Shown here: piece after piece, positions 35,593 through 43,623 of the stretch | Layout: every line of letters begins with the position of its first letter | How positions within the stretch are numbered: position 1 is the first letter of the stretch | Assembly: GCA_044370735.1 (NCBI GenBank) | Contig: JBILUY010000001.1 | Span: 1 to 44,294, forward strand | Direction: 5' to 3' | DNA: 44,294 nt | From: Crocinitomicaceae bacterium | Lineage (GTDB): Bacteria; Bacteroidota; Bacteroidia; Flavobacteriales_D; Crocinitomicaceae | Notes under the pieces: generated by a model | The model's input: only the letters and a program-made list of their open reading frames with translations | Databases searched by the model: none | Told to the model about the DNA's origin: nothing | Made by a program: the position numbers and the translations under genes

Positions 35593-38019
35593 TTATTCAA
35601 TAATTAATTTTTCTGAAATTGTTTGACCGTTTTCAGTTAGTTTTATTAGATACATTCCTTTATTTAAATCAGACAATTCCAACTCTGAATTAGTAAGCGC
35701 TCCTTTTTTAACTACCTTTCCGTTCATGTCAATAATACGTATTTCTGAAGTAGATGTTACATTATTAAAATTTAATTTTCGCCCATGTTTTACAGGGTTA
35801 GGGTAGATTGAAATCGTGTTATTTTTGATGTTTTCTACAGAAGAAATATTATCTACTGTTACTATCGTATTTCCTAATTCAGACCAACATTCTCCATTAC
35901 TTACTTTCAAATAATAGGTTCCAGCATTGGATGTCGTTGCATTATGTATCATAGGATTTTGTGATGTTTCTCCAAAAGATTGAGGACCTGTCCATTCGTA
36001 ACCAACAGCCGTTGTGTTTGCATGAAATTGAATCATTCCTCCAGTTGTATATGGTCCGTCATTAGTTGGTGACGGTCTATCTGGTCTTTGTTTTACTGTA
36101 ACTAACACTGAATCAGCATCACTTTTGCAATTTCCTAAAGTAGCAAATACTTTGTAGTACCCTGAATTTACAGTCGAAATATTTGAAATTGTAGTGTCTT
36201 TAGAATGACTTACAAATCCATTTGGTCCGCTCCAAACATATCCTGTGGCATTTGGAACTAATGAACTTTCAAGTACTATTGTTTGTCCAGCACAATTCGT
36301 TGTATTGTATAACTCACCGGTTCTATTAAAAGCCGTTGGTTTTGTGAGAGCATCACAACAATTTTTAATTACAATTGGTAATGAAACTAGTGTGTCACTT
36401 GGATTACTTGAAATTACGCGTAGTCGATATTGATTTCCAAAAGCCAAGTCAGATGGAATCGTAGTTGATACCGAACCAGAAAAACTACCAGAACCTGTTA
36501 AAGATAGTGTATGTAAGGTAGTGGGGGTTGCGAATGATCCTGTTTGGTCACTTAATTGAAATGTAAATTGATTTCCAACATTGTATAATCCTTTTATTAC
36601 ATATTGTATGGTTGCAGTTGAACCCAAACATAGTGTATCATTATTGAATGTTGCACTTAATAAGTTGTTTCTCAATTTAATTGTCCAAAAGTCTGTACTA
36701 CCTTTTGTAGCTTGAGATTTATTTCCTGAAATACTTGAGTTAGATTGACCTGTAACTAAAATTCCATTATCGTTAGCCAAGGTCATTCCAAAACAATAAT
36801 CACCTTGATCACCTCCGTAAGTTCCGTCCCACACTTTTGTTCCATTGGCTTTTAATTTCACTACCCAGTAATCAAACCAACTCATTTTATCTTCGGTTTT
36901 ATCACCAGTTCTTCCTGATCCGGAAGAAGCAGCAAAGATGAAAGAGCCATCAGCTTGTTCAACAACATCTTCTACACTTTCTTCACCGTCACCACCTAGG
37001 GTTTTGTCCCAAATTACACCTCCAAGTGTATCAACGTGAACCAACCAACTATCAAAAGAACCACGACAAGTGTCTGTTTTTTCAAAACTTAATGGTGAAC
37101 GTGAGCCACCTGCTAATAAATATCCTTTACTCGTTTTAATCGCTGCTTTTACATCCTCTAAATCACTACCTCCGTATGATTTATCCCAAATTTTAGCTCC
37201 ATTTTCACGGATACGAACAGCCCAATAATCTGCAGCACCAAGATTATAATTTCCACGTAAATACTCCGATTTTTCACCACCAGCATTGGAATAGGTAGTT
37301 CCAACCAACAGATATCCTCCATTGTGAGCAGGTACGATTTCTTTTAATTGGTCGTGACTATCACTTCCATAAGTTTTATCCCAAATTTTGGTACCAGTAG
37401 ATGATATTCTGACAACCCAAAAATCTGTTCTTAATCCATTTGGATCGCGTGTATCTTCTGTTTTATCTCCTGTATTTCTAGATTCTGAATTCCCACCTAA
37501 TAAAAAATCTCCGTTTGGAGTTTCTAACAATGCATTCAAATCTTCATCGCGTGTACCTCCAAAAGTTGCGTCCCATTGTTTGTTCCCATCTTTGTCGATT
37601 TTGATTACCCAATAGTCTTTTCCTCCGTTACCAGTTTGTGTTTTATCACCAGAAATATCTGATTCAGAGTAACCACCTAAAAGAAATCCTCCATCGCTTG
37701 TTTCGATAGCAGTTCTGAACATATCTGTATAACGTCCACCATAGGTTTTTGCCCAAAGTTTATTTCCTAAGGAGTCCATTTTAACAACCCAAAAATCGAT
37801 AAATCCATTTACACCTTTTCGGTCGTCTGTTTTATCAGCACCAATTCCAGAGTAAGAAATTCCACCTATGAATACTTGATGGTTTGAAGTATGTATAACT
37901 TTATATGGAGTTTCAGAATCAGTACCGCCATAGGTTTTATCCCATAATTTTGTTGGTCTTTGTTGGCTGAATCCAACAGAACTTCCTATAAGGATAAGTC
38001 CTAATATTAGTTTTTTCAT
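35593..38019 (-). CDS. T9SS-secreted protein with seven WDKTYGG-type repeats (probable beta-propeller) and Ig-like C-terminal modules
   Basis: 808 aa with a signal peptide. Repeats start KLWDKTYGG, KLWAKTYGG, KQWDATFGG, KIWDKTYGS, KIWDKSYGG, VIWDKTLGG and KVWDGTYGG, each followed by an sGDKT-like and DYWVVK-like segment. C-terminal ISIYPNPVKHG...GMYLIKLTE...KLIIE. Confidence 0.8.
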   Translation of the reverse strand: MKKLILGLILIGSSVGFSQQRPTKLWDKTYGGTDSETPYKVIHTSNHQVFIGGISYSGIGADKTDDRKGVNGFIDFWVVKMDSLGNKLWAKTYGGRYTDMFRTAIETSDGGFLLGGYSESDISGDKTQTGNGGKDYWVIKIDKDGNKQWDATFGGTRDEDLNALLETPNGDFLLGGNSESRNTGDKTEDTRDPNGLRTDFWVVRISSTGTKIWDKTYGSDSHDQLKEIVPAHNGGYLLVGTTYSNAGGEKSEYLRGNYNLGAADYWAVRIRENGAKIWDKSYGGSDLEDVKAAIKTSKGYLLAGGSRSPLSFEKTDTCRGSFDSWLVHVDTLGGVIWDKTLGGDGEESVEDVVEQADGSFIFAASSGSGRTGDKTEDKMSWFDYWVVKLKANGTKVWDGTYGGDQGDYCFGMTLANDNGILVTGQSNSSISGNKSQATKGSTDFWTIKLRNNLLSATFNNDTLCLGSTATIQYVIKGLYNVGNQFTFQLSDQTGSFATPTTLHTLSLTGSGSFSGSVSTTIPSDLAFGNQYRLRVISSNPSDTLVSLPIVIKNCCDALTKPTAFNRTGELYNTTNCAGQTIVLESSLVPNATGYVWSGPNGFVSHSKDTTISNISTVNSGYYKVFATLGNCKSDADSVLVTVKQRPDRPSPTNDGPYTTGGMIQFHANTTAVGYEWTGPQSFGETSQNPMIHNATTSNAGTYYLKVSNGECWSELGNTIVTVDNISSVENIKNNTISIYPNPVKHGRKLNFNNVTSTSEIRIIDMNGKVVKKGALTNSELELSDLNKGMYLIKLTENGQTISEKLIIE
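36664..37950 (-). repeat. seven tandem ~60-aa protein repeats (coding)
   Basis: Periodic W-D-K-T-Y-G-G ... G-D-K-T ... D-[FY]-W-V-V-[KR] pattern read directly from the translation of residues about 24-452. Confidence 0.7.
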
Positions 38020-38088
38020 ATGATAGAATTAGTGAATTCAATTTTTTTCTTGACAGATTTTCATTGAATTTTCAAATTTGTGACGAAA

Positions 38089-38595
38089 TTAATTAAAATA
38101 TTTATTCATCAGCATGTAATCAATACTCCCTGATTGTGAATGACATCCTATACAAGATGTACCTTTATTTGCAGTAGGAAAAGCCTCAGTTCCATCTTTG
38201 TTGATATAACCCCAAACCCATCCTTTCGTGTCAGCATCTTTGTTTTTGGTATCCTTATACAGGATAGCATATCTTTCAATCGTATAATCTTCATCCATTA
38301 ATTCTTTAACAATTAAAGAACCTTCCGGAAATTTAGCTGATGAATTTATTTTGCCTAATGAGTCCAACATTTCACTTGCTATTGCGTTATATCTAGTTCT
38401 CATATACGGTTGTGAATGTCCGGTCCCTGTACTTTTTTTTAGGTATTCACTTGATTTTTTATACCACGTAAATCCTTCGCTACTTTTAGACATATCAAAC
38501 AAACTTGAGGTAGTTGGTGAAGATGCTTCTTTCTTTTTACAAGCGAAAAGAGAAATTACAATGAAAAATAGTTTAAATAGCTGTTTTGTTTTCAT
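38089..38595 (-). CDS. cytochrome P460-like lipoprotein
   Basis: About 168 aa from ATG 38595 (the track ORF starts at TTG 38670). Lipobox LFACKK and a single C-terminal CXXCH in GWVWGYINKDGTEAFPTANKGTSCIGCHSQSGSIDYML. Size and motif position fit the P460 family. Not searched. Confidence 0.5.
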   Translation of the reverse strand: MKTKQLFKLFFIVISLFACKKKEASSPTTSSLFDMSKSSEGFTWYKKSSEYLKKSTGTGHSQPYMRTRYNAIASEMLDSLGKINSSAKFPEGSLIVKELMDEDYTIERYAILYKDTKNKDADTKGWVWGYINKDGTEAFPTANKGTSCIGCHSQSGSIDYMLMNKYFN

Positions 38596-38729
38596 ATAAA
38601 AATTTAATATAAAGATTTTTGAAATATAGGTATATTTATTATTTGTGTTAAAAATAGGTTTTTGATTCAATACTTACATCTTTTCACTTTCCAACTTTCA
38701 ACTTTTGTTTTCTTGAGTTTATCGAAGGG

Positions 38730-39929
38730 TTACTTCTTCCCCCTCACGACTATATTCGAAAAAATAATCCCAAGTACCAATGCCATAGAAGTAGTTAGCA
38801 TATTTAGTGCGATTTGAATACCCGCAACAACATCACTCTCGACAAGCTTGGAAATACTTAAAAATCCTAATGAACCAGGCACAAGTAAAATCATACCAGG
38901 TACGAGCATTACAGAAGGATTTCTTCCGCTAAATTTTGAAAATAAATTGCTACCAATCCCTAATAGGAGGGAAGCGAAAAATACAGCAAAAGTGTTGTTT
39001 GTAAATTGGTTACCAATTTTGAATGTGAAATAGGAAATCCAACAACCGATTAAAATCCAGATAAAATCTTTCGGTTTAGCTTTAAACAAAACGACAAATC
39101 CAAGTGGAACAAATATCAAGGCAATCCATTCTTTCCAAAAGGGGAGGGGTGCAAGTTGATGTATTCCAGTTGGTAAATGAAGATACGTAATGATTGATTT
39201 TCCAACGCCTATTCCGATTGCAAGCATCACAAAGGTGATAAAAGCGGTTGTGAAACGACTTAATCCAGCAACTAAATGATTATTTACCATTTCAGTAATC
39301 GATACCGTAAAGGTAAAACCTGGTATAAGTAAAATGAGTCCACAAATGGTCGCGATGTCAATACGATAATCCACAAACCAACTAGTAAAAAGTCCGGCTA
39401 CCACAACTGCCCAAATTGCAGATATTAATACATATACTTTTGACAATTGAGGTAGAAATCGAAGCAGTAACCCAAAAGTGCCAATACCTAATCCCATGAT
39501 AAACGAACTTAAAATTTCAGGAAGTTGTCCACCGAAAACGCATGCTGCAGCTGCAGTAGAAATCCCAATAAAAAATGCCGTTATTCCACCTGAATATCGA
39601 TTTGGATGCGCATTGATTTTATTTAGTTCTAAAATACCGTTTTTTGGTTCTAAAATTCCAAGTGAAACTTCTGTTATTATTTTTTCTACAAGATCTAAAC
39701 GCTCTAAATTTAACTCACTATCAGTGACTTTAACCATGTGAGATTGCGTTTCATCTAATATGGTAATACTAGCAAAAATAGAACCAGGTGTGGCAAAAAA
39801 TTCACTTTTTACCTGCAATCGTTCACACACCTCTTGCATACGCTCTTCTAGTCTGTGGGTTGGCAGACCATTTTCGTGTAACGATTTGGCACTTTGTAAG
39901 ATAAAATCAAGCGTAGTTTTGTTAGGCAT
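38730..39929 (-). CDS. threonine/serine exporter family (ThrE-like) membrane protein
   Basis: About 399 aa from ATG 39929. Soluble N-terminal region (LHENGLPTHRLEERMQEVCERL) followed by about 10 hydrophobic segments, the DUF1212+DUF3815 layout. Confidence 0.7.
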   Translation of the reverse strand: MPNKTTLDFILQSAKSLHENGLPTHRLEERMQEVCERLQVKSEFFATPGSIFASITILDETQSHMVKVTDSELNLERLDLVEKIITEVSLGILEPKNGILELNKINAHPNRYSGGITAFFIGISTAAAACVFGGQLPEILSSFIMGLGIGTFGLLLRFLPQLSKVYVLISAIWAVVVAGLFTSWFVDYRIDIATICGLILLIPGFTFTVSITEMVNNHLVAGLSRFTTAFITFVMLAIGIGVGKSIITYLHLPTGIHQLAPLPFWKEWIALIFVPLGFVVLFKAKPKDFIWILIGCWISYFTFKIGNQFTNNTFAVFFASLLLGIGSNLFSKFSGRNPSVMLVPGMILLVPGSLGFLSISKLVESDVVAGIQIALNMLTTSMALVLGIIFSNIVVRGKK

Positions 39930-39985
39930 AAGGTACAATCTTGTTCGATATCTCAAAGTTACATTTTTCTTTCTACCTTTGATTT

Positions 39986-40876
39986 ATGTCGCAAAAAACA
40001 CAAGCTTGGGTTTATCTTTCTCTTTTAAGTCTGATCTGGGGAAGCTCTTTTATTTTGATGAAACGCGGAATGATTTCCTTAGATGGTACACCTTTATTTT
40101 CGTCGTTACAAGTTGGAGTGTTGCGTATCGTAATTGCAGGTACCGTGCTTTTACCCTTGACTATCCTAAATCGTAAGAAGATTATAGACAAAAAGGATTG
40201 GTTGTATTTTGCCATTGTTGGGTATTTTGGAAATTTTTTCCCTTCACTTTTGTTTACTTATGCAGAAGAAGGACTTTCATCAGGATTGACAGCTATCATA
40301 GATAGTTTAACTCCTGTTTTTACCGTGTTAATCGGAGTTTACTTTTTCAAACAACGTATAAAATTGGCTCAAACGATTGGTTTATCAGTTGCGTTTGTTG
40401 GTGTGTATTTATTGATTTTCTTTGGTAAAAATGTTTCGTTTACAGGAAATTTACAGCATATCATTGCAGTGATATTGGCTACTTTGTGTTATGGAATTTC
40501 TGTAAATACGATTAAATACAAATTGGCTACCTATTCAGCCATGGAAATAACTTCGCTTTCATTTGGAACATCCATAATTCCTGCAACCTTGATTATGTTG
40601 TTTTCAGGTACAATTTCATTTATACAAACCGAACCAAAAGCAATGGAAGGACTGTTTTTTATTGCTATTTTGAGTGTGATTGGAACAACAGTAGCGCTAT
40701 ATTATTTCAATAAGTTAATTGCGATTTCTTCTACTGTTTTTTCAAGTAGTGTTACCTATAGTATTCCAATTGTTGCAGTTTTAATTGGAACACAATTTGG
40801 GGAGATGATTAATTCCCTGCAAGTGTTAGCAATGATTGTAATCCTTGCAGGGATTTATTTTGTGAATAGGAATTAA
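39986..40876 (+). CDS. EamA/DMT-family transporter
   Basis: 296 aa. Ten hydrophobic segments in two EamA halves, with an N-terminus YLSLLSLIWGSSFILMK typical of the family. Confidence 0.8.
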   Translation: MSQKTQAWVYLSLLSLIWGSSFILMKRGMISLDGTPLFSSLQVGVLRIVIAGTVLLPLTILNRKKIIDKKDWLYFAIVGYFGNFFPSLLFTYAEEGLSSGLTAIIDSLTPVFTVLIGVYFFKQRIKLAQTIGLSVAFVGVYLLIFFGKNVSFTGNLQHIIAVILATLCYGISVNTIKYKLATYSAMEITSLSFGTSIIPATLIMLFSGTISFIQTEPKAMEGLFFIAILSVIGTTVALYYFNKLIAISSTVFSSSVTYSIPIVAVLIGTQFGEMINSLQVLAMIVILAGIYFVNRN

Positions 40877-42945
40877 TGTGCTTCTACTTGCGAAATGTCC
40901 GTTGCAAATTTTATCACTTTAATAACGTTTCCTTCCGCGTTTTTAATTGGATTATAAATAGCGTTTAGCAGAATTTTCTTACCTGATTTACTAACACGTT
41001 CAAACACACCATGATTTTCCTTACCATGAGATAAGTTGTACCAAAATTCTTTGTATTCAACCAGTGTTTTCAGGTGCTCAGGAACAAACATAAAATGATG
41101 TTTTCCTTGTATTTCTGAAAGCGAATATTCAGTCGTGGTTAGGAAGTTTTCATTTGCAGTAATGATAGTACCATCAGGTTCAAATTCAATTACTGCCATT
41201 GTTGCATTAATACCTTCAAGAATTCCTTTTGTATATGAAGCATCTTCAGCAATTTTTTTGTTTTGAATTTCCATCTCCTCTTGCGTTGCTTTCATTTCCT
41301 CCATGTTTTGACGAAGTTCTTCCTCTTGCTGTTGCATTGCATGAACCATTTTCGTCATTTCACGTTCTTTTTTATTCATTTCAGATTGAGTAGCATTTAG
41401 TTCCTCAATATTCTGACGCATCTCTTCTTCTTGTGCACGCATTTCTTCTTCTTGTGCACGCATTTCTTCCGTTTGTTGTTGCGAGTGATATAGTAATTCT
41501 TTTGTTCTTTCATTGGTTTGAACACTCGTTATTGTACTCGCAATCGTTTCAGAAAGTTTATTTACAAATTCCATTTTATAATCTTCCAATGGATGGAAAG
41601 ATGCAATTTCGATTACCCCACAGATTTTTTCATTCACCATTAATGGAGTGATAAAAATACATCTTGGAGTAGCCTCACCGATACCTGAAGTGATATTTAC
41701 ATAGTCACCTGGTATCTCTGTAAAAAATAAAGGTTCTTTATCAAACCAACATTGTCCAACCAAGCCTTGTTTGTATCTGATAATATTTTTTTCTTCTAAA
41801 TAACGTTGTTTTCCATAAGCATATACTGCTTTTATTTCCATGAATGGCTCGTTATCATCTGTTTCGTTTAATACATAAAGATACCCTTGATTAGCACCTA
41901 AATAACGTAATAGGTTAGAAATGATATTATTGTAAAAACGTTCAATATCATCAGTATCCCTTATAATATCGGTGAATTTAGCTAACCCTTCATTTACCCA
42001 ATTACGTTTTTTATCTTCTTCAGCATTTGCCTTAATTTTTGTAGTCATTTGGTGTAATGACTCAAAGATTGGACCTTGATTTTTAAATATTTCTATTTCA
42101 GCTTCATAATTTCCATTTCCGACTTCGCTTACATAATTACGGACATTTGATAAATTATGAACGACGGTATTTAAAGAGCGAAGCATATTGGCTGTTTCGT
42201 CTTTACCTTCCACTTCAATTTCTTCTGTAATAGCTCCTTCAGAAATTTGATCTAATACATCTTCTGTGATTAAAATTGGTTTTTCAATTAATTTAGAAAC
42301 ATATAAACTCAATGTTAATGCAATGATAGCAACGATAATTCCTAAGATGAATAACGTTAATTGTATTTTATGTGTATAGTCTGTAAGTAAATCTTGTTGA
42401 TGTGTATATTCAACTTCGATTACTTCACTTAACTTCTCCATTTGAACAGCTAGTTGATCAAATGTGTTTTTATATTCTCGTATTTCTTTGTGTCCTATTG
42501 AAGAATGTAAATCATATTTAGTGTATAAGCCTTTATCAATAAAATACCTAGATGCTTTAATATAATTCTTAAGTGGAGTTTGAACTGCATCTACTTGTTT
42601 TTTTATTTTTATATCTATCTTGAAATGAGTTAATTCATGTAAAGATGTTTTGAAAATATGAACATGTTCTGCAAAATCTCGTTTTACTTCTTTTATTCCA
42701 TCAACATCTCCATCATCTGTCAAGAAAGCATTATACACATCTGCTCTAAGTGCATCATGCATCATGTCTGCTGTTAATTGACGTGATGCAGCTTTTCCTA
42801 CTTGTACAATATCATATTTAATGTCATCTACTTTATCTAATGATTGATGTGCAATAATCGACATCAAAGCGGTAAAAAATATATTGATTGAAATGATTAA
42901 TAATATCTTTTTACGTACACGTAGATTTTTAATCCAATTTAACAT
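40873..42945 (-). CDS. membrane sensor: 4-helix-bundle-like periplasmic domain, HAMP, GAF, signalling coiled coil, C-terminal PAS; no recognisable output domain
   Basis: About 690 aa from ATG 42945 (MLNWIKNL). TM1 (ILLIISINIFFTALMSII), helical periplasmic region, TM2 (LTLFILGIIVAIIALTLSLYV), and HAMP-like segment(s). GAF is YLGANQGYLYVL...CGVIEIASF. The coiled coil has EEMRAQEEEMRAQEEEMRQNIEELNATQSEM and EELRQNMEEMKATQEEM. PAS is IEFEPDGTIITANENFLTTTEYSLSEIQGKHHFMF...NAIYNPIKNAEGNVIKVIKFATDIS. Confidence 0.7.
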   Translation of the reverse strand: MLNWIKNLRVRKKILLIISINIFFTALMSIIAHQSLDKVDDIKYDIVQVGKAASRQLTADMMHDALRADVYNAFLTDDGDVDGIKEVKRDFAEHVHIFKTSLHELTHFKIDIKIKKQVDAVQTPLKNYIKASRYFIDKGLYTKYDLHSSIGHKEIREYKNTFDQLAVQMEKLSEVIEVEYTHQQDLLTDYTHKIQLTLFILGIIVAIIALTLSLYVSKLIEKPILITEDVLDQISEGAITEEIEVEGKDETANMLRSLNTVVHNLSNVRNYVSEVGNGNYEAEIEIFKNQGPIFESLHQMTTKIKANAEEDKKRNWVNEGLAKFTDIIRDTDDIERFYNNIISNLLRYLGANQGYLYVLNETDDNEPFMEIKAVYAYGKQRYLEEKNIIRYKQGLVGQCWFDKEPLFFTEIPGDYVNITSGIGEATPRCIFITPLMVNEKICGVIEIASFHPLEDYKMEFVNKLSETIASTITSVQTNERTKELLYHSQQQTEEMRAQEEEMRAQEEEMRQNIEELNATQSEMNKKEREMTKMVHAMQQQEEELRQNMEEMKATQEEMEIQNKKIAEDASYTKGILEGINATMAVIEFEPDGTIITANENFLTTTEYSLSEIQGKHHFMFVPEHLKTLVEYKEFWYNLSHGKENHGVFERVSKSGKKILLNAIYNPIKNAEGNVIKVIKFATDISQVEAH
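41423..41469 (-). repeat. perfect 21-nt (one heptad) tandem repeat inside the signalling coiled coil
   Basis: Plus strand 41427..41447 is identical to 41448..41468 (CTTCTTGTGCACGCATTTCTT). Perfect period-21 identity extends over 41423..41469, with a degenerate third copy upstream. Encodes EEMRAQE-EEMRAQE. Confidence 0.9.
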
Positions 42946-43041
42946 TATGTAAGTAAATTTAAGTTTTGTAAATACAAATAAACAATTAATTATTTTAATT
43001 GTTCTCATAAATTAAAATAATACATAATTTTTACACGTAAA

Positions 43042-43069
43042 AAAACGGATGAGTATTCCCATCCGTTTT
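43042..43069 (-). terminator. rho-independent terminator after the H-NOX gene
   Basis: AAAACGGATG (43042..43051), 8-nt loop, CATCCGTTTT (43060..43069). On the minus strand it is followed by a T-run. Lies 18 nt after the stop at 43087. Confidence 0.7.
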
Positions 43070-43086
43070 AAGTATTGTTTTGTAAA

Positions 43087-43605
43087 TTAACAGAAAGTAA
43101 TTTCTACTTGTGTTTCTGATAATTTTTTGATGTCTAGCATTTGTTTGAAATAGATACCTACCCCTTTTACTAGTGAGATGTATAAATCAATTAATCCTCG
43201 TTCAGATTTGTATGTAACAATGATAGATTCTCCTTTGTCTTCAAAATCAAATCTAGGAGGCTTAGCATTTGGAATTTCTTTCGTTACTGTTTCATGAATT
43301 TCATCCATTGCTAACAAAAATTCTTTAGCCGTTTTGTAGTTTTCAATGTATCCAAAATAGATTTTAGGAACATAAGCATTTACCCAATATTCCCCAAACG
43401 CATCACATACTTGTTGGAAAGAAATTCCAAGTATAGCTGGCATTTTTCCTAATAAATCCATTGTTAATTGTTCATCAACATCTTCATTTAACATGAACAC
43501 GTGATCTTCATCCAATCCAACAGATGCTAAACATTCATACCATTTTTCTTCACCGAATTTTTCGATTACTAATTTTTCAATACTCTTGTGAATTGTACCT
43601 TTCAT
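43087..43605 (-). CDS. stand-alone H-NOX (haem nitric oxide/oxygen binding, HNOB) protein
   Basis: 172 aa. N-terminus MKGTIHKSIEKLVIEKFGEEKW is typical of H-NOX. Candidate proximal His104 in LAMDEIHETV, and a Y-x-S-x-R haem-propionate motif (YKSER, residues 132-136, nt 43198..43212). Confidence 0.8.
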   Translation of the reverse strand: MKGTIHKSIEKLVIEKFGEEKWYECLASVGLDEDHVFMLNEDVDEQLTMDLLGKMPAILGISFQQVCDAFGEYWVNAYVPKIYFGYIENYKTAKEFLLAMDEIHETVTKEIPNAKPPRFDFEDKGESIIVTYKSERGLIDLYISLVKGVGIYFKQMLDIKKLSETQVEITFC

Positions 43606-43623
43606 TTTTCTGAATTTATGTAA

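Noticed and set aside
38025-38060. An inverted repeat AATTCAAT-N20-ATTGAATT between the P460-like gene and the 808-aa gene.
   Set aside because: It is an all-A/T 8-bp stem with a 20-nt loop. That is too weak to call a terminator or operator in this base composition.
40873-42945. Calling the 4HB-HAMP-containing sensor a methyl-accepting chemotaxis protein.
   Set aside because: No MCP signalling (MA) hairpin or methylation-site region is recognisable. The helical region is a short Glu/Met/Gln-rich coiled coil followed by PAS.
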